A program made the position numbers and the translations under genes. From Amoebophrya sp. A120 (Eukaryota > Protista > Dinoflagellata), in NCBI GenBank assembly GCA_905178155.1, contig CAJINV010000007.1:2461151-2525150 (forward strand): 64,000 nt of DNA, written 5' to 3'. Each line of letters begins with the position of its first letter. Position 1 is the stretch's first letter. The notes beneath the pieces are model-generated. The model had not been told where the DNA came from and ran no database searches. It was given only the letters and a program-made list of their open reading frames with translations. Of the stretch, positions 11,909 to 23,947 are shown piece by piece.

Positions 11909-13874
11909 CTAATAAGAATCCTCCTCCTCGTCCTCGGACGAATTGTAACCACACGTGACGGGCTCGTCGTACTTGAAGGCCGGACACCGCAGCAGCATGC
12001 AGCTCATGTTCTTGACTCGTGCCGTGTCCCACGTGCTCAGATCCTGGTTGAAGCGCGTGCAGCCGCAAAACAAGTCCGACATGTCCTCGACTTTGGAAAC
12101 ATCCCAAGAGAGCATCGGCTGGTTGTACGCTTCGCACTGGGAGAACATGCCGTCCATCGTGAGCACGGAGCTGACATCCCACCCATCAAGATTCTGGTTG
12201 AACTTGAAGCACCTGTGGTTTGATTTTGCTCGTCAGCATCTTGTTCTGTAAGGAGGGATCGAAAGACTCGTCGTCCTGTAGGAACAGAAATTAAACATTT
12301 CCTTTCCTGTTCTTCAATATCAATGCACAAAAAACAAAAAGGTACGACATCGCAGCGTAATCAATACCATCCGAAGGTGTTCGACATGTCTGTCACGGAG
12401 CTCACGTCCCAATCCGAAATGTCGCAGTTGAACAGTCTGCACCAGCTAAAAGATCGCAGTAAAATCGTGAATCAGAAATAGGAAAGCAAGTTGTATCTGT
12501 CTACAGTAGTTCTCTTCGGCCTTGTGAAGATATGCTTTTATTCTGTTCTTGCAGGAGACCAACAGGGGCAGAATGGACTCACCCTCCGTAGCATCGATAA
12601 CGTAAAAACGCAGGAGCACAGTCACAGAGGAGTCCTCCCGGTGGTACGTGCACAAGCATACCATGCAGCTCACGACCTTCATCTCTTTACATACACAGGG
12701 CTTACTACCTAGGATCACGACCCCAATCTGACCCACAATTCCAATTCCTGCTCGATAGAAAACAGCTGTTGAGACTGGTCACGTTTGTCGTGCACCACCC
12801 ACTCACATCCGCGTGGAAACCCTGAAAGCCCTGGAAGAGCCGCGACAAATCGCCCACTTCCGACACGTCCCAGGCACAGTAGGGCCCGTGCCTCTCCTCC
12901 AGCAGCGCCAGCCTTTCCTGCCACTCCTCCTGCGTCAAGCCGCGCAAACTCGCGTCGATCCGGTTGGTCTTGCGGTGCAGGTGGTAGCCGTAGTCCGGCC
13001 GGGTCACGCGGTACAGCGCCTCCACCGCCTCGTTCAAATCCTTTCGCGTTTGGAAAGGCTCGTAGAACCGCTCGCTGTACTTGATGGCGTAGTCGGGAGG
13101 AGAAACTACACGTGCAGGATCTCCACGCTCAACATCGTAGTTCTTGTGCCGTCGAAGTGCAGCTCCACTTGCTGGGGAAGATTTATTATTCGAAAGCCCA
13201 CGGTCGGTAGAATGAGGCAGAACAGGACCTCCTTCATCATCAGATTCGTACGTGTAGTCGCTATAGTTGTCGGCGGAAAAATTGCTGTCGGTCTCCAAAT
13301 CAACACTGTCGTGGAGGCGTCGACTAAATCCAGTTGCAGTTCTTGTCTGTTCAAACAAATCTTCCTTTTGATGTTCTTCTTCTTCTTCACTACTACTACA
13401 GTCGCTGGTAGCACCTTCGGCGCCACCTCCATCTCCGCCCCGTCCTGCGAACCCGCTCTGTGCCAGCATCGCACTGTCAATGCTCAGCTCCGGGTCCACT
13501 AGCTGCAACCACCCCAAACCGGAGTCCCCGCCCGCGTTCTGCTTTAGCGCTCTCTGACCCAACTCCGATTTCTCGTCGACAAACACGTCCACGAGCTGCC
13601 AAGCTCGCGGTCGCTTCCGGTTCTTCTCGAACGCGATTTGTTTCGCGATCGAACGTTTAAGCTGCTGCAGAGTGATGCTGGCACAGGAGTTTGCTGTTGT
13701 TGAAATAGATGTGCTAGAAGTTGTACTGGCCTTCATGCAGGAGCAGGCAGTATTTTCGGAAGAAGTACAGCGTTGTATTCCAGATGCAGATTCTGTTTCT
13801 GTTGCTGACCGACCCGCATCTTCGCCGGAATCAAGTGAAACGTCGAAGGAAAGCGTATGGTCGTGCGAGACCAT
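11909..13874 (-). CDS. BspA-like / DUF285 leucine-rich repeat protein (3 exons)
   Basis: Repeats WDVSEVGDLSRLF, WCTTNVTSLNSCF, FNCDISDWDVSSVTDMSNTF, FNQNLDGWDVSSVLTMDGMF, FNQDLSTWDTARVKNMSCML. One introner-like intron 12447-12757 and one GT-AG intron. True start may lie upstream. Confidence 0.85.
12452..12757. mobile_element. Old, degenerate TIR introner (TSD taaaa/gaaaa)
   Basis: Ends gatcg.../...cgata with weak inverted similarity. Removing 311 bp gives SCF(R/S)WCRLFNCDISDWDV, restoring a DUF285 repeat; no GT-AG at the junction. Confidence 0.6.
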
Positions 13875-14990
13875 GCTGTAGACCGTGACGTTTTGCCCCA
13901 GGCGTGGTTGCAGCAGCTCCTGCGTAGTCTTCGCCGGCAGATGATGGTTCTGGTTTTGCTTTTCATTTGCAGCATCCTTTTCTTGTGCTCCTGCACCCCG
14001 GCAAAAGTTCTTTTCATTTTCCGCAAAGATGCCCGATGTTCAGTAAAGGAGGATTTTTTTTCCGTGCTCCCCCGGACCGTTGGAGTGCTGCTGGGGGGTA
14101 GCCGGCTCTCCTCGGTTTTCTTTGGGAATGCGGCGGGGACGCGGAACCGAGAGCACGGAGGCGCGGCCGTGGAGGTGGCGCTGCAGCCCTCCATGCAGTT
14201 CATTTGCCAGCAAAACGGGATCATCTTGAAGGACGAGAATTTATTTGTGGACGACGAGGCTTACTTGGACTCAAATTACGAGAACTCCTATACTTATCGT
14301 GATTGCAAAAGAAAACTGAGCCTGCGAAACCGAACAGAGAAGGGTAGGAGCGTCGAAATGCAAGATGGTAGACGATTTGTTCTTCGAACAAAATTGAAAT
14401 ATAGCCAGACGGAATTGCTTTCGGTTTAGAAAATGAAAATAGAATAAAAGCTCGCTCGCTCGACGAGGGTGCGATAGAGGAAATCGTTTCCGCTGCTCGT
14501 GGACATATGAAGTCTTTTCGCATATTAACAAAAGCAAAATGCAGCAATTTCCTCTTGGCATAGGCACTTCATCGTTGTGGTTTTTTTACTAAATCGCAAC
14601 AACTCGCAATGGATCCAATTGATCTGGCAACGCGTAGCTGCTTATTTTACCTGCTGCGAAAGCGAGATCCTCGTCAAGATTGAGTGAATCAGCTTCAGCG
14701 CACTAGATTAATACAACTATAACTAAGTAATATCTCAGCAACATCATCTCGCCATCTCCGTCTGAACACGACAACAGCTGCGCTGCATCTCCGTCTCATG
14801 TGAATGACACCACTGGAGAGTTGCTTTCCGCAGCAGGAGCTTCAGCGGTGATGTGTATGTTTCTGTATGTTGATAATTTGTCCGCAGAGGGGGGAGGTCT
14901 GCGGCGAGCGCGAGTGTACTTCTTACCATGAGGTCCGAAAACCAGCTGTATTGGTGCACGACGAGTGCGAAGCCGCACCAAGAACGACCC

Positions 14991-16712
14991 TCACGAATTC
15001 TCAGTAGAAGTCGCTGCTTTCAAGTGTTCTTGGAGGTTCCGATCCGCGTTGGATCTTGGTGGCGGTGAGAAGTCAGCGTCCTCATCCTCATCCACCTCCT
15101 CATCGTCGTCCACAAACTCGTCCTCCGCGGCTTTGGCCTCCTCTTCGGCCATCTTGTCCTCCGCGTTCGCGCCGTTTTGTTCCTTCTGGGTCATGAAGTA
15201 CTGCTTGCCGGTCACCGTGGAGAGTTTGTTCACTTTTTTCCGAAACTGCGCCATTTCCTCCTCAAACTTCGTCCTCCAATCGAGAAAGAGCTGGATGGTG
15301 ATTCGGCTCGACTCCGCGCAGAGCTCTTTTAGGTGCAAGCCGCGCCATTCCTCGTCTGCTGGCTCGCCGAGGTCGTCGTCGTCTGTTGGTGTTGATGTAA
15401 GTAGTGCTTTGCTTTGTAGTAAACGGCCTGTAAACGGTGTTACTTTGTAAAGAGATGAAACTAGTGGCGCCACCTGCAGGCAATTGTATGTAACTGTAAG
15501 TACAAGTCTTATCAACAAACATTATCGGAGGTAACACTGTACACGACGGTGCAGTAAGTGATATCACAAATAACCGCATGAAAAGCGTTTCACCATACCA
15601 TGGTGCGTAACTTTACGCACGATGGTATACTACGGGTCATTCACAAACGTCTTGCATTACCTTTGCGTGATAGCGTGGTGAATAACGTAATGCGCGATGG
15701 TGTACGACGTCTTTATGTCATGAACGACTAATCGCTCGCGCATAATCTTATACATGACGATACGACGGTGCTATGCTGTTTATTTTTTTTGGTAAACAAA
15801 AGCGCGCGCGAGGACGGAGCCCTTCTCCGATACAGTACCGCGAAAACTAGAATACAGTTAGTACCTTCCTCATCCTCATCGTCCTCTTCCCCGATATCGT
15901 CATCACCCTTCTTCGCCTTTTCTCGCAGCATCATCTCTTCGTGCATCGTCAGCTCCTTTTCGTTGTTTTCCCTAAGGAATTCCTGCAAAGCCTCTGCGAC
16001 CATGTAAATCATGGGCATGCCAGCGTTTTCCTCACTTGTCGCTGTTATCAGAGCTTGCACCTTGGCCATTTTGTCGTTGTTTAGTCCCTTCTTGTCCTTG
16101 ATTTCAATTTCCGGAAGAACTTCGGGGTAGGTGGAGGGATACCTGTTTCGATGATTGAAGACGTCTTCATGCTGGCAGCTGGAAGTTCTTGTATGTTGTA
16201 CATAAGGCTTTTTTTGTTCCGTCCCGACATGACAAACCACTTGTCGTGAAGCTTCCAGAAAAAAATTCAATCGGGTGCTCGCTTCTTCAGGCGAGCGAGT
16301 AACTGTTTAGCGTACTTTCTATGTTCCTGCTTGTAAATAGCTGGTGAATGGTGTTTCAACTTATCACCACCGGAGCCTGATGAAGCAAAACTCTTCTTAG
16401 CTGTGAACCAGTCAAGCTCGGGGAGTTGCCTGGGAGATTGTCAGCCGGAGCCATCAATCAGCCCTGGCTTCAGAAAGGCGCAATACTACCTCCTCATCTG
16501 AGCAAGAAACATCAAGCAAGAAGCCGCAGCGCTACAGCCGCAAAGTACCTTATTTCGAGCTTCACTTCGACGTGATTCTCTTCATCTTCTTCTGGGTGTG
16601 GCAAAAGTTTGAGGATAAAGTTATCCGGTGCGACTACTTCCAACTCGCCGTCGTGCACAAAAATGGACTGGAGCGCTTCCAGCTCCAGCGCTTGCTCTTC
16701 CTCGTAGTTCAT
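14991..16712 (-). CDS. RWD domain protein, RWDD1/Gir2-like (3 exons, GT-AG introns)
   Basis: MNYEEEQALELEALQSIF...YPSTYPEVLP (RWD YPxxxP motif)...GMPMIYMVAEALQEFL, acidic linker, then FLDWRTKF...VTGKQYF typical of RWDD1/Gir2. Confidence 0.9.
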
Positions 16713-17846
16713 TTTGGCCGCGTTACAAGTGCTGATGTCTCGATGTAGCACAGAACTTGGATGTTGCTCATGGATAAAATGTGGAAAAGAGATGTCGCTC
16801 GAAATTTCATCACAATGGGGAATCACGCAATTGAAAAAAGTATTCGCGGTCGTGGTCGAGTCAGAAGAAAGGGTGATAGTTTTTTCGGGCGGTATGGTTT
16901 ATAGTAGTACGACGTTTTGCTTTTGTCTACACGAAGAACTTCTACACAGATTACGAAGCTTGTCGCTGTAAATAGTGAGTTTCAGCAGGGGCAATTCAAA
17001 TTCTGAGCAATATACGTTTGCTCTAACGCAAGGAACTTTGTAGCAAGCCAAGTTTTGTTTGGTAATCACACAGATCCTCTCTTCACGAAATCAGGGTGAT
17101 CTGCGGCGCCATCAGCCAACGGTGCGGCAAGGTTCGTTACAATTGCGATCGTTTGGCATGATAATGATCGACATCAAAATAAGATCGTGCTGCGAGGGCA
17201 CGTGAGTATGATGCAGGGACGAGATCTTATCCGTGAGAGCAAACTCAAATGAAGTGAAGATCTTCTGCTCGAGGCGGTTCATCGCTCGAGCGACACGGTG
17301 CATCGATCGAACATGCACTGGTGAATGCGAAGCGGTTTAATAAATGTGCTGCCGTTTTTGTACCATGCATGCTCGTAGAAGTACTCAGCGTTGGACTTTG
17401 GCAGCCTTGATTTTGATTATGGTCTCAATAGTGTTAGTGACGCAGGTGAGTTGAAGTTGTCGCCCCCGCCTCAAGCAGAGCAGCAAGCGGCTAATTTTTT
17501 TTCCTTCACTATTTCCCCGGGCCGCTCGGCGTTCCTCCGGCTCCCACGCCGAGCAAGTTCAAATTTGGCGTAGTTGTTGTGCTGTTCGGTGTTCCGACCG
17601 TGTTTGCGGGAAGCCCGAAACCCCCAATGGCGACCGGTTTGTTGCGGAAAAAAAAGGGCGAATTCGGGTTTGCACTGCCTTGCTGTCCTCCCGCGATGGT
17701 ACTCGCACTCCCACCTCCTGCGGAACTGAAGAGAGAGCGACTCGACGTTGAAGTTGGGGTCGTCACCAGGTGACCACTTGTTCCGGCACCGGGTTGATGT
17801 TGCACACTGATTCCCGGCGACTGCACTCGATGCATTGGACTGGTCA

Positions 17847-19068
17847 TCAGCAAGGGCGGGCGCCAAGCAGCGGAGGACGTACTACTACCTCCCGACGCCC
17901 CGCCCGGCCGAGTTTGGTGCAGGGAACTCGGAGTGCCGAGCAGGCTCGTTGCGGCCGCGCCGAGATTTGGCGCGACAAAGGACTGCCCTTTGAGAGAGGA
18001 TCTTATTCCCTGAAAATTTTCATTTTTCCCCGGCCCTACTTATCACTTTTTACAAGACAGAAGCTGAAGCAGGCTCTTCGTCTTCTTCTTCTTCTTCATT
18101 TTTTGCATGACAGATTGGACTATGGGAGTGATAAATATAAATATAAATTTTCAGGGAATAGACTTGGTCAAGGGTGACTGAGCGGTGGAGGAAGACAGCA
18201 GACTGTGAAGACCCCCTCCAGAAGAGTGCTGCAAGAACAGCCCAGGCGACGCAGCAGTGGCGGAGCAACCTGTCGTGTTGAAAAGTGTGGCTCCACCTGT
18301 AGTCGTCCCGAGTCCACCTAGATGCACCTGTGTCAGCAAGCCTCTCGTGGAAGAGGTCGAAGCCGATAAAGGATGGTGCTCGCCGGTTGATAGGTCCTGC
18401 TGCGTTATTGCTGTAGCAGTCCCTCTCATGCTGGACGAAGAACTAACTTGTCGCGACGCGCCCCCGGCGCTGTTGATAGGTGGGGCCGCACCGCCGTTTA
18501 CATTTACACCAAGATGAGAAGAGGTTGCAGCAGCACCACCGGCAGCTAGCGAGGCGTCCTTTGCGGGAGCCGGTTTATTGGCCGCCTTAGATCCAAGAAC
18601 AGCGGCAGCGCTCGCATTAGTGGTTGTACCATTGCCTTTATTACTGTCAGGCGCAAGTGCTGCAGCGTCGGAAGTTTTAGCTGAGGTTGAGCTTGTTTTC
18701 ATCTGTGACAGTTGTTGCAAGCAGTGCTTCAAAAGTTCGTTTCCAGCCTGGTATTTCTTGTCGAAATCTGCATCTACTGCTTCGTTACATTCAGGATCAG
18801 CTGCTTCTGATGCGGTGTCCGAGCTACAACTTGAAGCATTTATATTTTCATTAGAGCTCTCCCCCGGCCTAAGATGCTCATCCATATAGTCTTCCTGCAA
18901 TTCACTTACATATTCCCGCAACATCGCCCGGACGTCTCGCCGGAGACTCTTGCACACCGCGTTTTCCTTCTTTCGCTGTTCGAGCTGGTCATTCTTCTTT
19001 TTCAGCATGGACCGCAGCCGGCTTTCGGGAGTCCGGGTCGCGGTCGTATTTGATGATGTCGCATTCAT
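17847..19068 (-). CDS. Hypothetical coiled-coil/low-complexity protein
   Basis: ORF 18151..19086 continues in frame (LTKS|SLKGQSFVAP) after removing introner 18004-18160 plus 5 bp. 3' end uncertain; may extend into ORF 17509..17853. Confidence 0.55.
18004..18160. mobile_element. TIR introner, 157 bp, degenerate TSD (gatct/gactt)
   Basis: tattccctgaaaattt at both ends in inverted orientation; contains gcatgacaga. Confidence 0.8.
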
Positions 19069-20075
19069 TTTTTTGTTTTGCAGCACGTCGGGCCGTTGTT
19101 AAGAAGTTGTGTGCAGCTTTGTTGAAGAAGGATACTATGTCTGTGTATGAATGTATTCAATCTCTTTATTTTCTAGAGGAAAACAGGGACTGTATCTGTA
19201 AGGGTAACGCGAACTACACTGTTCATCGATCTAGGTCTAGTAGCAGAAGGAGAAGAGAAAGAATCCTCGCTCAACCTTAAACACTAGCAAGTAAGCAGGT
19301 CGTGGACCTCCAGCTCATCTTCACTGTGGTAGAAGAAAGCGGAAGCAGGGCTTCGAGGGCTTCCTTAAAAAATGCTGCATTCATCAAGAACATGACGGAT
19401 TTTCTTTTGCTAGGACCGCTGAAATAACCGACTCTTGTTGAGTTGGACAGACGAGTCGCAAGCAGCAGATATCGAAGCCTGAGCTTGCCCGTGAGTCAAC
19501 AGCTTCAAGCAAATTTGCAGTTTGGGTTTTTCAGCAATGAAGACACAACTACTTTTACGTCGTCGTCACATCGACCCCACCAAGCACAGCGTCCGGCACC
19601 ATTCCATTTGCTTCTATCCTTCTTTCCCTTTCACTTGGTGAATCTACAGATAGCGTTCATCAACTCACCATAGTACACAGCTCTAGGAAAGCTGGCACTA
19701 CTTCTACTTCACCTGCCATCTCATTATCATAATGAAATTTTATTTTTCCAGCGCCCGGCTGCTGCTGCGGCTTGAACTTGATCATCAACAATAAAAAAAT
19801 CCTAAGCTGGCTCCTTCACAGAAATTTTATGTACCTATTCTTATTCAAATTCATCAATCTTACGCTGCGCGAAAGCTTTCTTCACCACCAACGAAACCTA
19901 CATCAGAAAACAAAAATTTCTTCTCAGTATCTCTGCGACGTCTTGATGCGGCTAATCTTATCAATTCAAAACTCGCCTCCCCCACCTCGGCCTCCACCCA
20001 TCATTGTGTGGTCCCTAGTACGCTGCTTCTACTTCGTTTGCCCACAGCACCACCGAATCCAAAGATCTCCTCGTC

Positions 20076-20650
20076 CTAGAGCGGAATCGCATGCTGCAGC
20101 TCCCCGCACTTTCCGTTGCCCGCATAGTGCAAGCAGTACTGGATCTTTTCCAGTGCGGTCTTGTGCCTCCGCTTCCCCTTCCGGTTCTTCCTCACCTTCT
20201 TCACGCGCTCCCGCTCCTTCTTGCGCTGTTTTTTCTCCTCCAGAAACTGTTGCTTCTTGGACTTCTTCTTTTTCTTCTTGTGTTTCTTACGCCCGGACTC
20301 GAGAAAGCCTGTCGCGGTTTTTGTATCATATGACTTGAATGTGTAATGAATTTAGCAGTATGGCGGATTGAAGATGCGCAACATTTTTGCGAGCTGTCGC
20401 AACTGTGTTGCAAATTGAGCAGTTTGCTGCTCCTCGTTACTTCTTTTTCATTTTCTTGTCACCTCAACCTCCTGCAGAACCAAAAGTGTTACTGATAATG
20501 TCAAACCAACGCAATGAATAAACATTTTTCATTTTGGCACAGAGTCAGTTACCTTGCGAATCCGAATTTTCCCCAGCTACATCGCCACCGTCGTCCCCCG
20601 ACGTTGCCACGGCTGTGGGCTTTTTCTTCTTCTTTCGACACTCCACGAAA
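20076..20650 (-). CDS. Lys/Arg-rich basic hypothetical protein, 3' exons
   Basis: GC3-rich exon GFLESGRKKHKKKKKK...LQHAIPL* preceded by a CAG acceptor; upstream exon ends in G|GTAAC. 5' end not resolved. Confidence 0.4.
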
Positions 20651-21927
20651 AAGTCAACGTTTGTCAGGTAAGCAGCGAGAAGAAAAAATAGCACGCCGAG
20701 GCGCCTCATGGTTTTCAATTGATTTGCGTCACTTCTGTGGTCGCCGTAAAATGACTTGCTGCATTAATAACCGCGGGATACGTTCGTCCCTCCGTGGTAC
20801 AATGCTGGCACTCTATGCTGGCGCTCTTTCCTCGTGTGCAGATATTGCAGAGTAAGAAAATCACTTTCTCTCTCTCTCCAAAACGTGAACCTTAATTTTT
20901 CCCTCATCTGTTGGATGGAGTCGCGAGTTCTGAAATTCATCTTCGTTCATACTGGATGTTCATCCTCCTTCATCCACACTATTTCTTACTCCATGGACGA
21001 ACTATTCATCTGCTCACCATTTTCGCTCCGACCTCAAGTACGGCAGGGGACGCACTACGGCGGATCACCCAAGTAGGAAAACGGAAAAATCTTCTGTCAG
21101 AAGTTGCAAGTAGCAATCTAGACCAGTTGGGCGCGAGCCTTTTGTTGCGATTTGATTTTTTTTCGTCGTGTTGTGCAAATGTAGGTGTGCTGATGTTTTA
21201 TTTGTGGTCTTCACTTAGTGAAGGAGGATGAAGATGTTGCTTTTCGTTTTCTTCGAAAATCTTCATCATATAAGCATTTCAATTGGATTTATTACTGTGC
21301 AATGAAACTATACTGAGATCACGCTCAGACAGGATCAGCATTAAGGTTCTTAAATTAGAATTTGGCAGACTGTACTGTAGTAAAATCGTCGGATAACGGA
21401 CACGAAAAGAACTGCACGGCTTCAGGGACGATGTCAAACGAAGAAGAAAGATTGCAACTCGAAGATCAAACGACAAAATCGGCGCGAAACCTTCTGACTC
21501 GCGAGCATCAGCTGATACTTCCGAGGAGACACAAGAGAGAGGTCGTCGATAAAGCGTTTTCACAAATGAGTTTTCTACTAAAGGAATACCAACTACATGA
21601 ATTCTCATCGTTTAATAAGTAGCCGCAACATGATGGCTGTACTGGTCCACCGTAAAGCTCCTGTGCTAATCGTGACCAATCAATCAAACTGCGAGACTAG
21701 ACGAGCAATTAAGTTGTACTAAATTTTCTTTATTCATCAGCTCGGGCTGGAAAGGGGGCGAGGAACAGCAGAGGGCTGTGCTTCGACCTCTTCGGACCCT
21801 AAAAGATAGTTATCAGCGGTTGTAGTTTCCCTTTCCACCACTTCCATAGCAATCGACTATTGCACTCCTCGGTGGAGAAAGATCTCCGAACTACCGTGAG
21901 GAAAAAGATCGACACTTAGCGGTTGTC

Positions 21928-23000
21928 TCAGCTGGACTTCTTGCCGTGCTTGGTTTTGCTCTCCGAGCAGCTCTGTGCAGAGGAAAACCTTCTTCTACAC
22001 TTTTCACTGTCAACATTTCTGCAGCTGCATTCTTGTGATGTATGCCAATAAACGTAGATGAGAGTGTTGAGAGCGAAGATCAGCTGCAGAGGATTTTTGA
22101 CTTTGATCTTATTCATGCATGTTGTAGTGCTACTTTCATCTAGATCTACTTCGCACCATCAGCTATTGTTATATTAGAGGGGTAGCAAATCGAATGCGAC
22201 AGATGAAACGTGAAAAGAAGTTTTTCCTTTCATAGGTCCTTCTCCTCTTTCTCGCTTTTCTTGGCCTTCTCCAGCTTTTTCTGCGCCGCCGCAACCTCGG
22301 CTTCTAACTCGGCCACCGATTTCTTTTCGTCGCTAGGATATCAGAACGAAATACTTTTTTTCCTTGGCTGCTAAAGACAGAGGCTGTCATGTTGATACTG
22401 AACTTCTACTCGGTAGCGAGTTGTCAATAAAAACGCATTATGCGTGATCTGGATGATCATGACCTTTCTACATGAAATTGTGCGCTTCTTGAGTAGACAT
22501 AAACAAAATCTACTTTCGTCTGATATTTTGGCGCTTTTGGAGGCGACAGCCTTTTTGGAAGAGGATTTTTTGGTCGACTTCGACTTCTTTTCCAGCAACT
22601 TCTTGTCCTCCTTAGCGGCTGCTTTCTTCTGCTGAGCGCATGCAGGGAAAATCTAAAGATCAAGAGTGAGCGCAAGCCGATTTTTTATACTTCTTCTTCA
22701 TTGCAAAAAGAAAACAGAACCAGAAGGGCTCCTTGGAAAATGAAAATACAAGTGAACCATCCATGCATCATTAAGATTTCGTGCATCTTCGTCCTGAAGA
22801 TGCAGCACAGGGCCAGAATTTCTGCTGGTACTACGCAAAACAAGCTCAGCTCGGGTCTTGACGGCTAAAAGTTTCCCGATTCGTAGGTTCTTCGGCAGCG
22901 AGACCCAACTGGCGGCGGAGGCGATCTCGACGCCTCCGAGGCTCGCCACGAGCATGCCCATTGCGCACCCAGCAATGCCGGGTAAGAACCGCTTCAACAT
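21928..23000 (-). CDS. Small Lys-rich protein with signal-peptide-like N-terminus (multi-exon)
   Basis: MLKRFLPGIAGCAMGMLVASLGG... followed by short exons KKAAAKEDKKLLEKKSK, DEKKSVAELEAEVAAAQKKLEK and SCSESKTKHGKKSS*. Junctions only partly resolved. Confidence 0.45.
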
Positions 23001-23947
23001 CTTGGAACGCTTCTTATTTGTCACAGTTTCTTCGAAGAGCAGCAACAAGCAGAAACGAGCTAAGGTTTTGATTTTTTCCTAACGCTTTTATTAACCAAGT
23101 AAAAACAAAAAGTCCCTTTCCCAGCAAACATCTTCATGGAGAGGCAGTCATCTCTTTCTGGTGTTCGTTGTTTTCAACTCGCTCGCAGTCCTGAGTACTC
23201 GTGTAGCTAGCCTTAGCGCATCAAAGAATCATCATGTTGCTTTTCTCTAATTAATATCCTTTGAACTGAGCGGAACAAGAAGAAGAAAGGCAATGACATA
23301 AAAAAACCACAACAGTAAGGGGCGAGGGGTATGTACATGTAGACGAAGCAAGAAAAGACTACAACTCCTTCGTGTGTGTATTTCTCGTCGCGGCGCGTAC
23401 TCATCGCTTCTCGCTGTCGCTCTCAGGGTGTATATATAATTAGAATGTGGAGGGTGGACCTGGCGCAACTTGTGACGCGTAGGCGTAGTTCCAAAGTATT
23501 ATCTATAAAGACGGCAGATTCAGCTGCTGGAGGTGAGGACGCACAACTTTTCATCTGCAAATGATGCAATGATCGGAACAACGTATTTCATCAGAGCTAC
23601 CCCCAGGTGCCAAAGCGTACATTCTGAAGGGCCCACTTCGCAACAAAATATCCGGCAGCTTCGGCTTGCGCAGGACGTGTCGTAAACGCAAAATTTTACG
23701 CTGCCTCTGCACTGAGCGGGTGCGGGCCGCAAAACAAACAGCAACTCATACGAAGAACATTTTCCTTTTTACGGAACATGATTTACGGTCTATGGCATTT
23801 GAAGTCCTGCTCAAACTCGCTAATTCATTCAAGCTCCCCACACGAGGAAAAATGACATTTCTTTGAAACTATCAGAAATATTACACGACGATCGCATTCT
23901 ACAAAAATCCGCATAATCCTTCTGATGAACCAGCAGAAATCTAAATC

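Noticed and set aside
13857-14429. Plus-strand 190-aa ORF
   Set aside because: No recognisable domain; overlaps the probable 5' region of the DUF285 gene.
22334-22525. Possible additional introner (tatcag..acgaaa inverted ends)
   Set aside because: Two alternative in-frame junctions (192 or 189 bp) and no clear TSD; left unannotated.
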